The position numbers and the translations under genes were made by a program. From positions 428,110,001 through 428,174,000 of the forward strand of contig OZ024740.1 of NCBI GenBank assembly GCA_964016885.1: a stretch of 64,000 bases of DNA, in the 5' to 3' direction. The DNA is from Eledone cirrhosa. Its lineage: Eukaryota. Positions 12,993 through 25,900 of the stretch are shown here, piece by piece. Within the stretch, counting starts at the first letter, position 1, and every line of letters starts with the position of its first letter. The notes beneath the pieces were generated by a model. The model was not told the origin of the DNA. It was given only the letters and a program-made list of their open reading frames with translations, and did no database searches.

Positions 12993-13039
12993 GAAATCTA
13001 TATATATGTGTGTGTGTGTGTGTGTGTAGTAACAGTATT

Positions 13040-13810
13040 GTGATGATGGTGATAATGTTAATGATGTTAGCGATGGTAGTGATGATGGGGATGATGGTGG
13101 TGTTGGTGGTGTTGGTGGTGTTGGTGGTGATGGTGGTGATGGTGATGATGGTGATGATGGTTATGATGATGGTGATGGTGGTGGTGGTGTTGGTGGTGTT
13201 GGTGGTGATGGTGATAATGGTGGTGTTGGTGGTGGTGGTTATGATGATGGTGATGGTGGTGGTGGTGATGATGATGGTGATGGTGGTGATGGTGGTGGTG
13301 GTTATGATGATGGTGATGGTGGTGGTGGTGATGATGATGGTGATGGTGGTGGTGGTGATGATGATTGTGGTGATGATAGTGATGATGATGGTGATGGTGG
13401 TGATGATGGTGATGATGGTGATGATGGTTATGATGATGGTGATGGTGTTGGTGATGGTGATGATGGTGATGATGATGGTGATGGTGGTGGTGATGATGAT
13501 GGTGGTGATGATGGTGATGATGGTGATGATGGTTATGATGATGGTGATGGTGGTGGTGATGATGATGGTGGTGATGATGGTGGTGATGGTGATGATGGTG
13601 ATCATGATGGTAGTGATGATGATGGGGATGATGATGATGATGATGACGTTGGTAATGATGGTGATGATGTGGTTGACGCTGATAGTGGTGATGGTGGTGA
13701 TGGTAATGATGATGACGTTGGTGATGATGGTGACGATGGTGATGATGGTGGTGATGGTGATGATGGTGACGATGGTGGCGATTGTACTGATGATGGTGAT
13801 GGTGATAGTA
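13040..13810. repeat. Degenerate (ATG/GTG)n trinucleotide microsatellite, ~770 bp
   Basis: Mixed GAT/GGT triplets throughout; the ORFs here are poly-Met/Val or poly-Ile/Thr artefacts. Confidence 0.97.
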
Positions 13811-13824
13811 TAGGTAATATTCAG

Positions 13825-13900
13825 AGGAGGTGGGGGGACGTTGAATTTTTCTGTGTTCTGATTGGAGAATTGTGAACGTGGAATCCTATATAAGATCGAG
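13825..13900 (+). promoter_or_regulatory. Candidate Pol II core-promoter-like motif set: G-rich box, inverted CCAAT, TATA
   Basis: GGAGGTGGGGGG at ~13826, CTGATTGG at 13858-13865 and TATATAAG at 13887-13894. Motif match only; no expression evidence. Confidence 0.25.
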
Positions 13901-16900
13901 GCAGATATATTGAGGGATGGAGATGGGAGACAGGAAGTAGAGATACATGGGACACGGGAGATAGAGATACATGGGACACGGGAGATAGAGATACATGGGA
14001 GACAGGAGAGAGAGTTACATGGGAGACAGGAGGTAGAGATACATGGGAGACAGGAGAGAGATACATGGGAGACAGGTGGTAGAGATACATGGGAGACAGG
14101 AGAGAGTTACATGGGAGACAGGAGAGAGATACATGGGAGACAGGTGGTAGAGATACATGGGAGACAGGAGGTAGAGATACATGGGAGACAGGTGGTAGAG
14201 ATACATGGCAGACAAGAGAGAGATACATGGGAGACAGGAGGTAGAGATACATGGGACACGGGAGATAGAGATACATGGGTGACAGGAGAGAGATACATGG
14301 GAGACAGGTGGTAGAGATACATGGAAGACAGGAGGTAGAGATACATGGGAGACAGGAGAGAGATACATGGGAGACAGGAGGTAGAGATACATGGGACACG
14401 GGAGATAGAGATACATGGGTGACAGGAGAGAGATACATGGGAGACAGAAGATATAGATACATGATAGACAGGAGAGAGAGATACATGGGAGACAGGAGGT
14501 AGAGATACATGGGAGACAGGAGGTAGAGATACATCGGAGACAGGAGGTAGAGATGCATGGGAGACAGGAGGTAGAGGTACAAGGGAGACAGGAGAGAGAG
14601 TTACATGGGAGACAGGAGGTAGAGATACATGGGAGACAGGAGAGAGAGATACATGGGAGACAGGAGGTAGAGATACATGGGAGACAGGAGGTAGACATAC
14701 ATGGGAGACAGGAGGTAGAGATGCATGGGCGACAGGAGAGAGAGATACATGGGAGACAGGAGGTAGAGATACATGGGAGACAGGAGGTAGTGTTACGTGG
14801 GAGACGGGAAGTAGAGATACATTGGAGACAGGAGGTAGAGATACATGGGAGATAGGAGGTAGAGATACATGGGAGACAGGAGGTAGAGATACATGGGTGA
14901 CAGGAGAAAGAGATACATGAAAGACAGGAGATAGAGATACATGGGAGACAGGAGAGAGATACATGGGTGACAGGAGAGAGATACATGGGAAACAAGAGGT
15001 AGAGATACATGGGAGATAGGAGGTAGAGATGCATGGGAGACAGGAGAGAGATACATGGGAGACAGGAGGTAGAGATACATGGGAGACAGCAGAAAGAAAC
15101 ATTGGTGACAGGAGAGATATACATGGCATACAGGAGGTAGAGATACATGGGAGACAGGAGAGAGATACATGGGTGACAGGAGTGAGATACATGGGAGACA
15201 GGCGGTAGAGATACATGGGAGACAGGAGGTAGAGATACATGGGAGACAGGAGGTAGAGATACATGGGAGAGAGGAGAGAGAGATACATGTGAGACAGAAG
15301 GTAGAGATGCATGGGAGACAGGAGGTAGAGATACATGGGAGACAGGAGGTAGAGATACATGGGAGACAGGAGAGAGTTACATGGGAGACAGGAGGTAGAC
15401 ATACATGGGAGACAGGAGGTAGAGATGCATGGCCGACAGGAGAGAGAGATACATGGGAGACAGGAGGTAGAGATACATGGGAGACAGGAGGTAGAGATAC
15501 ATGGGAGATAGGAGAGAGATACATGGGAGACAGGAGGTAGAGATACATGGAAGACAGGAGAGAGATACATGGGTGACAGGAGTGAGATACATGGGAGACA
15601 GGAGGTAGAGATACATGGGAGACAGGAGGTAGAGATACATGGGAGACAAGAGGTAGAGATACATGGGAGACAGGAGAGAGTTACATGGGAGACAGGAGGT
15701 AGTCATACATGGGAGACAGGAGGTAGAGATGCATGGGCGACAGGAGAGTGAGATACATGGGAGACAGGAGGTAGAGATACATGGGAGACAGGAGGTAGAG
15801 ATACAAGGGTGACAGGAGGTAGAGATACATGGGTGACAGGAGGTAGAGATACATGGGAGAGAGGAGAGAGATACATGGGTGACAGAAGAGAGATACATGG
15901 GAGACAGGAGGTAGAGATACATGGGAAACAGGAGGTAGAGATACATGGGAAACAGGAGAGAGATACATGGGTGACAGGAGAGAGATACATGGGAGACAGG
16001 AAGTAGAGATACATGGGAGACAGGAGAGAGATACATGGATGACAGGAGAGAGATACATGGGAAACAGGAGGTAGAGATACATGGGAGACAGGAGGTAGAG
16101 ATGCATGGGAGACAGGAGAGAGATACATGGGAGACAGGATGTAGAGATGCATGGGAGACAGGAGAAAGATACATTGGTGACAGGAGAGAGATACATGGGA
16201 CACAGGAGGTAGAGATACATGGGAGACAGGAGGTAGAGATACATGGGAGATAGGAGGTAGAGATACATGGGAGACAGGAGAGAGTTACATAGGAGACAGG
16301 AGGTAGACATACATGGGAGACAGGAGATAGAGATGCATGGGCTACAGGAGAGAGAGATAAATGGGAGACAGGAGGTAGAGATACATGGGAGATAGGAGGT
16401 AGAGATACATGGGAGACAGGAGGTAGAGATACATGGGTGACAGGAGAAAGAGATACATGAAAGACAGGAGATAGAGATACATGGGAGACAGGAGAGAGAT
16501 AGATGGGTGACAGGAGAGAGATACATGGGAAACAAGAGGTAGAGATACATGGGAGACAGGAGGTAGAGATGCATGGGAGACAGGAGAGAGATACATGGGA
16601 GACAGGAGGTAGAGATACATGGGAGACAGGAGGTAGAGATACATGGGAGACAAGAGGTAGAGATACATGGGAGACAGGAGAGAGTTACATGGGAGACAGG
16701 AGGTAGACATACATGGGAGACAGGCGGTAGAGATGCATGGGCGACAGGAGAGAGAGATACATGGGAGACAGGAAGTAGAGATACATGCGAGACAGGAGGT
16801 AGAGATACAAGGGAGACAGGAGGTAGAGATACATGGGTGACAGGAGGTAGAGATACATGGGAGAGTGGAGAGAGATACATGGGTGACAGAAGAGAGATAC

Positions 16901-19900
16901 ATGGGAGACAGGAGGTAGAGATACATGGGAAACAGGAGGTAGAGATACATGGGAAACGGGAGAGAGATACATGGGTGACAGGAGAGAGATACATGGGAGA
17001 CAGAAAGTAGAGATACATGGGAGACAGGAGAGAGATACATGGATGACAGGAGAGAGATACATGGGAAACAGGAGGTAGTGATACATGGGAGACAGGAGGT
17101 AGAGATGCATGGGAGACAGGAGAGAGATACATGGGTGACAGGATGTAGAGATGCATGGGAGACAGGAGAAAGATACATTGGTGACAGGAGAGAGATACAT
17201 GGGACACAGGAGGTAGAGATACATGGGAGACAGGAGGTAGAGATACATGGGAGATAGGAGGTAGAGATACATGGGAGACAGGAGAGAGTTACATGGGAGA
17301 CAGGAGGTAGACATAGATGGGAGTTAGGAGATAGAGATGCATGGGCTACAGGAGGTAGAGATACATGGGAGATAGGAGGTAGAGATACATGGGAGACAGG
17401 AGGTAGAGATACATGGGTGACAGGAGAAAGAGATACATGAAAGGCAGGAGATAGAGATACATAGGAGACAGGAGAGAGATAGGTGGGTGACAGGAGAGAG
17501 AGATACATGGGAGACAGGAGGTAGAGATACATGGGAGACAGGAGGTAGAGATGAATGGGAGACAGGAGGTAGAGATACATGGGAGACAGAAGAGAGATAC
17601 ATGGGAGACAGCAGAGAGATACATGGGTGACAGGAGTGAGATACATGGGAGACAGGCGGTAGAGATACATGGGAGACAGGAGGTAGAGATACACGGGAGA
17701 CAGGAGGTAGAGATACATTGGTGACAGGAGGTAGAGATACATGGGAGACAGGAGAGAGATACATGGGTGACAGAAGAGAGATACATGAGAGACAGGAGGT
17801 AGAGATACATGGGAAACAGGAGGTAGAGATACATGGGAGACAGGAGAGAGATACATGGGTGACAGGAGAGAGATACATGGGAGACAGAAAGTAGAGATAC
17901 ATGGGAGACAGGAGAAAGATACATTAGTGACAGGAGAGAGATACATGGGACACAGGAGGTAGAGATACATGGGAGACAGGAGGTAGAGATACATGGGAGA
18001 TTGAAGAGAGATACATGGGAGACAGGAGGTAGAGATACATGGGAGACAGGAGATACATGGGTGACAGGAGTGAGATACATGGGAGAGAGGAGGTAGTGAT
18101 ACATGGGAAACAGGAGAGAGATACATGGGAAACAGGAGGTAGAGATACATGGGAGACAGGAGGTAGAGATGCATGGGAGACAGGAGAGAGATACATGGGA
18201 GACAGGATGTAGAGATGCATGGGAGACAGGAGAAAGATACATTGGTGACAGGAGAGAGATACATGGGACACAGGAGGTAGAGATACATGGGAGACAGGAG
18301 GTAGAGATACATGGGAGATAGGAGAGAGATACATGGGAGACAGGAGGTAGAGATACATGGGAGACACGAGAGAGAGTTACATGGGAGACAGGAGGTAGAG
18401 ATACATGGGAGACAGGAGAGAGAGATACTTGTTAGACAGGAGGTAGAGATACATGGGAGACAGGAGGTAGAGATACATGGGTGACAGGAGAGAGAGATAC
18501 ATGGGAAACAGGAGATAGAGATACATAGAAGACAGGAGGTAGAGATACATGGGAGACAGGAGAGAGTGATACATGGATGAAAGGAGAGAGATACATGGGA
18601 GACAGGTGGTAGAGATACATGGGAGACAGGAGAAAGATACATGGGAGACAGGAGGTAGAAATACATGGGAGACAGGAGGGAGACACATGGGAGACAGGAG
18701 AGAATTACATGGGATACAGGAGGTAGAGATACATGGAAGACAGGAGGTAGAGATACATGGGAGACTAGAGATAGAGATACATGCGAGACAGGAGAGAGAG
18801 ATACATGGGAGACAGGAGGTAGAAATACTTGCGAGACAGGAGAGAGAGATACATGGGAGACAGGAGGTAGAGATACATGGGAGACAGGAGGTAGAGATGA
18901 ATGGGAGACAGGAGGTAGAGATACATGGGAGACAGGAGGTAAAGATACATGCGAGACAGGAGAGAGATACATGGGAGACAGGAGAGAGTTATATGGGAGA
19001 CAGGAGGTAGTGATACATTGGAGACAGGAGGTGGAGATGAATGGGTGACAGGAGGTAGAGATACAAGGGAGACAGGAGAGAGAGCGATACATGGGAGACA
19101 GGAGAGAGAGAGATACATGGGAGACAGGAGGTAGAGATACATCGGAGACAGGAAGTAGAGATGTATGGGAGACAGGAGGTAGAGATACAAGGGAGATAGG
19201 AGAGAGAGTTACATGGGAAACAGGAGGTAGAGATACATGGGAGACAGGAGAGAGAGATACATGTGAGACAGGAGGTAGAGATACATGGGAGACAGGATGT
19301 AGAGATACATGGGAGACAGGAGGTAGAGATACATGGGAGACAGGAGAGAGAGTTACATGGGAGACAGGAGGTAGAGATACATGGGAGACAGGAGAGAGAT
19401 ACATGGGAGACAGGAGGTAGAGATACATGGGAGAGAGGAGAAAGAAACATTGATGACAGGAGAGAGATACATGGGACACAGGAGGTAGAGATACATGGGA
19501 GACAGGAGGTAGAGATACATGGGAGATAGGAGAGAGATACATGGGAGACAGAAGGTAGAGATACATGGGTGACAGGAGGTAGAGATACATGGGAGACATG
19601 AGAGAGATACATGGGTGACAGTAGAGAGATACATGGGAGACAGGAGGTAGAGATACACGGGAAACAGGAAGTAGAGATACATGGGAGACAGGAGAGAGAT
19701 ACATGGGTGACAGGAGAGAGATACATGGGAGACAGGAAGTAGAGATACATGGGAGAGAGAAGAGAGATACATGGATTACAGGAGAGAGATACATGGAAAA
19801 CAGGAGGTAGAGATACATGGGAGACAGGAGGTAGAGATGCATGGGAGACAGGAGAGAGATACATGGGAGACAGGATGTAGAGATGCATGGGAGACAGGAG

Positions 19901-22900
19901 AAAGATACATTGCTGAGAGGAGAGAGATACATGGGACACAGGAGGTAGAGATACATGGGAGACAGGAGGTAGAGATACATGGGAGATAGGAGAGATATAC
20001 ATGGGAGACAGGAGGTAGAGATACATGGGAGACAGGAGATACATGGGTGACAGGAGTGAGATACATGGGAGACAGGAGGTAAAGATACATGGGAGAAATG
20101 AGGTAGAGTTACATGGGAGACAGGAGAGAGATACATGGGAGACAGGAGGTAGAGATACATGGGAGACAGGAGAGAGAAACATGGGTGACAGGAGAGAGAT
20201 ACATGGGAGGCAGGAGAGAGAAACATGGGTGACAGGAGAGAGATACATGGGAGACAGGAGGTAGAGATACATGGGAGACAGGAGAGAGAGATACATGGGA
20301 GACAGGAGGTAGAGATACATGGGTGACAGGAGGTAGAGATACATGGGAGACAAGAGAGAGATACATGGGTGACAGAAGAGAGATACATGAGAGACAGGAG
20401 GTAGAGATACATGGGAAACAGGAGGTAGAGATACATGGGAGACAGGAGAGAGATACATGGAGACAGGAAGTAGAGATACATGGGAGACACGAGAGAGAGT
20501 TACATGGGAGACAGGAGGAAGAGATACATGGGAGACAGGAGAGAGAGATACTTGTTAGACAGGAGGTAGAGATACATGGGAGACAGGAGGTAGAGATACA
20601 TGGGTGATAGGAGAGAGATACATGGGTGACAGGAGTGAGATACATGGGAGACAGGAGGTAGAGATACATGGGAGACAGGAGATAGAGATACATGGGAGAC
20701 AGGAGGTAGAGATACATGGGTGACAGGAGGTAGAGATACATGGGAGAGTGGAGAGAGATACATGGGTGACAGGAGGTAGAGATACATGGGAGACTAGAGA
20801 TAGAGATACATGCGAGACAGGAGAGAGAGATACATGGGAGACAGGAGGTAGAAATACATGCGAGACAGGAGAGAGAGATACATGGGAGACAGGAGGCAGA
20901 GATACATGGGAGACAGGAGGTAGAGATGAATGGGAGACAGGAGGTAGAGATACATGGGATACAGGAGGTAAAGATACATGCGAGACAGGAGAGAGTTATA
21001 TGGGAGACAGGAGGTAGTGATACATTGGAGACAGGAGGTAGAGATGAATGGGTGACAGGAGGTAGAGATACATGGGAGACAGAAGAGAGAGCGATACATG
21101 GGAGACAGGAGAGAGAGAGATACATGGGAGACAGGAAGTAGAGATGCATGGGAGACAGGAGAGAGAGTTACATGGGAAACAGGAGGTAGAGATACATGCG
21201 AGACAGGAGAGAGAGATACATGTGAGACAGGAGGTAGAGATACATGGGAGACAGGAGGTAGAGATACATGGGAGACAGGAGGTAGAGATACATGGGAGAC
21301 AGGAGAGAGAGTTACATGGGAGACAGGAGGTAGAGATACATGGGAGACAGGAGAGAGATACATGGGAGACAGGAGGTAGAGATACATGGGAGACAGGAGA
21401 AAGAAACATTGATGACAGGAGAGAGATACATGGGACACAGGAGGTAGAGATACATGGGAGACAGGAGGTAGAGATACATGGGAGATAGGAGAGAGATACA
21501 TGGGAGACAGAAGGTAGAGATACATGGGTGACAGGAGGTAGAGATACATGGGAGACATGAGAGAGATACATGGGTGACAGTAGAGAGATACATGGGAGAC
21601 AGGAGGTAGAGATACATGGGAGACAGGAGAGAGATACATGGGTGACAGGAGAGAGATACATGGGAGACAGGAAGTAGAGATACATGGGAGAGAGGAGAGA
21701 GATACATGGATGACAGGAGAGAGATACATGGAAAACAGGAGGTAGAGATACATGGGAGACAGGAGGTAGAGATGCATGGGAGACAGGAGAGAGATACATG
21801 GGAGACAGGATGTAGAGATGCATGGGAGACAGGAGAAAGATACATTGCTGAGAAGAGAGAGATACATGGGAAACAGGAGGTAGAGATACATGGGAGACAG
21901 GAGGTAAAGATACATGGGAGAAAGGAGGTAGACTTACATGGGAGACAGGAGAGAGATACATGGGAGACAGGAGGTAGAGATACATGGGAGACAGGAGAGA
22001 GAAACATGGGTGACAGGAGAGAGATACATGGGAGGCAGGAGAGAGAAACATGGGTGACTGGAGAGAGATACATGGGAGACAGGAGGTAGAGATACATGGG
22101 AGACAGGAGAGAGAGATACATGGGAGACAGGAGGTAGAGATACATGGGTGACAGGAGGTAGAGATACATGGGAGACAGGAGAGAGATACATGGGTGACAG
22201 AAGAGAGATACATGGGAAACAGGAGAGAGATACATGGAGACAGGAGGTAGAGATAAATGGGAGACAGGAGGTAGAGATACGTGGGAGACAGGAGGTAGAG
22301 ATACATAGTAGACAGGAGTGAGATAGGAGGTAGAGATGCATTGGAGACAGGAGGTAGAGATACATGGAGATAGGAGAGAGATACAAGGGAGACAGGAGGT
22401 AGAGATACATTGGAGACAGGAGCTAGAGATACATGGGAGACAGGAGAGAGATACATGGGAGACAGGAGGTAGAGATGCATGGGAGAGAGGAGAAAGAAAC
22501 ATTGATGACAGGAGAGAGATACATGGGACACAGGAGGTAGAGATACATGGGAGACAGGAGGTAGAGATACATGGGAGATAGGAGAGAGATACATGGGAGA
22601 CAGAAGGTAGAGATACATGGGTGACAGGAGGTAGAGATACATGGGAGACATGAGAGAGATACATGGGTGACAGTAGAGAGATACATGGGAGACAGGAGGT
22701 AGAGATACACGGGAAACAGGAAGTAGAGATACATGGGAGACAGGAGAGAGATACATGGGTGACAGGAGAGAGATACATGGGAGACAGGAAGTAGAGATAC
22801 ATGGGAGAGAGAAGAGAGATACATGGATTACAGGAGAGAGATACATGGAAAACAGGAGGTAGAGATACATGGGAGACAGGAGGTAGAGATGCATGGGAGA

Positions 22901-25900
22901 CAGGAGAGAGATACATGGGAGACAGGATGTAGAGATGCATGGGAGACAGGAGAAAGATACATTGCTGAGAGGAGAGAGATACATGGGACACAGGAGGTAG
23001 AGATACATGGGAGACAGGAGGTAGAGATACATGGGAGATAGGAGAGATATACATGGGAGACAGGAGGTAGAGATACATGGGAGACAGGAGATACATGGGT
23101 GACAGGAGTGAGATACATGGGAGACAGGAGGTAAAGATACATGGGAGAAAGGAGGTAGAGTTACATGGGAGACAGGAGAGAGATACATGGGAGACAGGAG
23201 GTAGAGATACATGGGAGACAGGAGAGAGAAACATGGGTGACAGGAGAGAGATACATGGGAGGCAGGAGAGAGAAACATGGGTGACAGGAGAGAGATACAT
23301 GGGAGACAGGAGGTAGAGATACATGGGAGACAGGAGAGAGAGATACATGGGAGACAGGAGGTAGAGATACATGGGTGACAGGAGGTAGAGATACATGGGA
23401 GACAAGAGAGAGATACATGGGTGACAGAAGAGAGATACATGAGAGACAGGAGGTAGAGATACATGGGAAACAGGAGGTAGAGATACATGGGAGACAGGAG
23501 AGAGATACATGGAGACAGGAAGTAGAGATACATGGGAGACACGAGAGAGAGTTACATGGGAGACAGGAGGTAGAGATACATGGGAGACAGGAGAGAGAGA
23601 TACTTGTTAGACAGGAGGTAGAGATACATGGGAGACAGGAGGTAGAGATACATGGGTGATAGGAGAGAGATACATGGGTGACAGGAGTGAGATACATGGG
23701 AGACAGGAGGTAGAGATACATGGGAGACAGGAGATAGAGATACATGGGAGACAGGAGGTAGAGATACATGGGTGACAGGAGGTAGAGATACATGGGAGAG
23801 GGGAGAGAGATACATGGGTGACAGGAGGTAGAGATACATGGGAGACTAGAGATAGAGATACATGCGAGACAGGAGAGAGAGATACATGGGAGACAGGAGG
23901 TAGAAATACATGCGAGACAGGAGAGAGAGATACATGGGAGACAGGAGGCAGAGATACATGGGAGACAGGAGGTAGAGATGAATGGGAGACAGGAGGTAGA
24001 GATACATGGGATACAGGAGGTAAAGATACATGCGAGACAGGAGAGAGATACATGGGAGACAGGAGAGAGTTATATGGGAGACAGGAGGTAGTGATACATT
24101 GGAGACAGGAGGTAGAGATGAATGGGTGACAGGAGGTAGAGATACATGGGAGACAGAAGACGGAGCGATACATGGGAGACAGGAGAGAGAGAGATACATG
24201 GGAGACAGGAGGTAGAGATACATCGGAGACAGGAAGTAGAGATGCATGGGAGACAGGAGAGAGAGTTACATGGGAAACAGGAGGTAGAGATACATGCGAG
24301 ACAGGAGAGAGAGATACATGTGAGACAGGAGGTAGAGATACATGGGAGACAGGAGGTAGAGATACATGGGAGACAGGAGGTAGAGATACATGGGAGACAG
24401 GAGAGAGAGTTACATGGGAGACAGGAGGTAGAGATACATGGGAGACAGGAGAGAGATACATGGGAGACAGGAGGTAGAGATACATGGGAGACAGGAGAAA
24501 GAAACATTGATGACAGGAGAGAGATACATGGGACACAGGAGGTAGAGATACATGGGAGACAGGAGGTAGAGATACATGGGAGATAGGAGAGAGATACATG
24601 GGAGACAGAAGGTAGAGATACATGGGTGACAGGAGGTAGAGATACATGGGAGACATGAGAGAGATACATGGGTGACAGTAGAGAGATACATGGGAGACAG
24701 GAGGTAGAGATACACGGGAAACAGGAGGTAGAGATACATGGGAGACAGGAGAGAGATACATGGGTGACAGGAGAGAGATACATGGGAGACAGGAAGTAGA
24801 GATACATGGGAGAGAGGAGAGAGATACATGGATGACAGGAGAGAGATACATGGAAAACAGGAGGTAGAGATACATGGGAGACAGGAGGTAGAGATGCATG
24901 GGAGACAGGAGAGAGATACATGGGAGACAGGATGTAGAGATGCATGGGAGACAGGAGAAAGATACATTGCTGAGAGGAGAGAGATACATGGGAAACAGGA
25001 GGTAGAGATACATGGGAGACAGGAGGTAAAGATACATGGGAGAAAGGAGGTAGACTTACATGGGAGACAGGAGAGAGATACATGGGAGACAGGAGGTAGA
25101 GATACATGGGAGACAGGAGAGAGAAACATGGGTGACAGGAGAGAGATACATGGGAGGCAGGAGAGAGAAACATGGGTGACTGGAGAGAGATACATGGGAG
25201 ACGGGAGGTAGAGATACATGGGAGACAGGAGAGAGAGATACATGGGAGACAGGAGGTAGAGATACATGGGTGACAGGAGGTAGAGATACATGGGAGACAG
25301 GAGAGAGATAGATGGGTGACAGAAGAGAGATACATGGGAAACAGGAGAGAGATACATGGAGACAGGAGGTAGAGATAAATGGGAGACAGGAGGTAGAGAT
25401 ACGTGGGAGACAGGAGGTAGAGATACATAGTAGACAGGAGTGAGATAGGAGGTAGAGATGCATTGGAGACAGGAGGTAGAGATACATGGAGATAGGAGAG
25501 AGATACAAGGGAGACAGGAGGTAGAGATACATTGGAGACAGGAGCTAGAGATACATGGGAGACAGTAGGTAGAGATACATGGGAGACAGGAGAGAGATTC
25601 ATGGGTTCCAGGAGAGAGATACATGGGAGACAGGAGGTAGAGATACATTGGAGACAGAAGGTAGAGCTACATAGGAGACAGGAGGTAGAGATACATGGAA
25701 GACAGGAGGTAGAGATAAATGGGAGACAGGAGAGAGATACATGGGAGACAGGAGGTAGAGATACATGGGAGACAGCAGGTAGAGATACATGGGAGACAGG
25801 AGGTAGAGATACATGGGAGACAGGAGGTAGAGATACATGGGAGACAGGAGGTAGAGATACATGGGTGACAGGAGCTAGAGATACATGGGTGACAGCAGAA

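Larger units (their letters stand above)
9229..12997 (+). mobile_element. 5'-truncated Tx1/L1-clade non-LTR retrotransposon
   Basis: Contains an intact ORF2, a probable ORF1 tail, a ~215-bp 3' UTR and AATAAA at 12987-12992. It is flanked by identical CTATATATATGTGTGTGT at 9211-9228 and 12998-13015 (putative target-site duplication). It is visibly more GC-rich than its flanks. Confidence 0.93.

Noticed and set aside
12979-13875. Met/Val-rich, Ile/Thr-rich and Asp/Gly-rich ORFs
   Set aside because: Artefacts of the (ATG/GTG)n tract, with no unique coding sequence or splice support.
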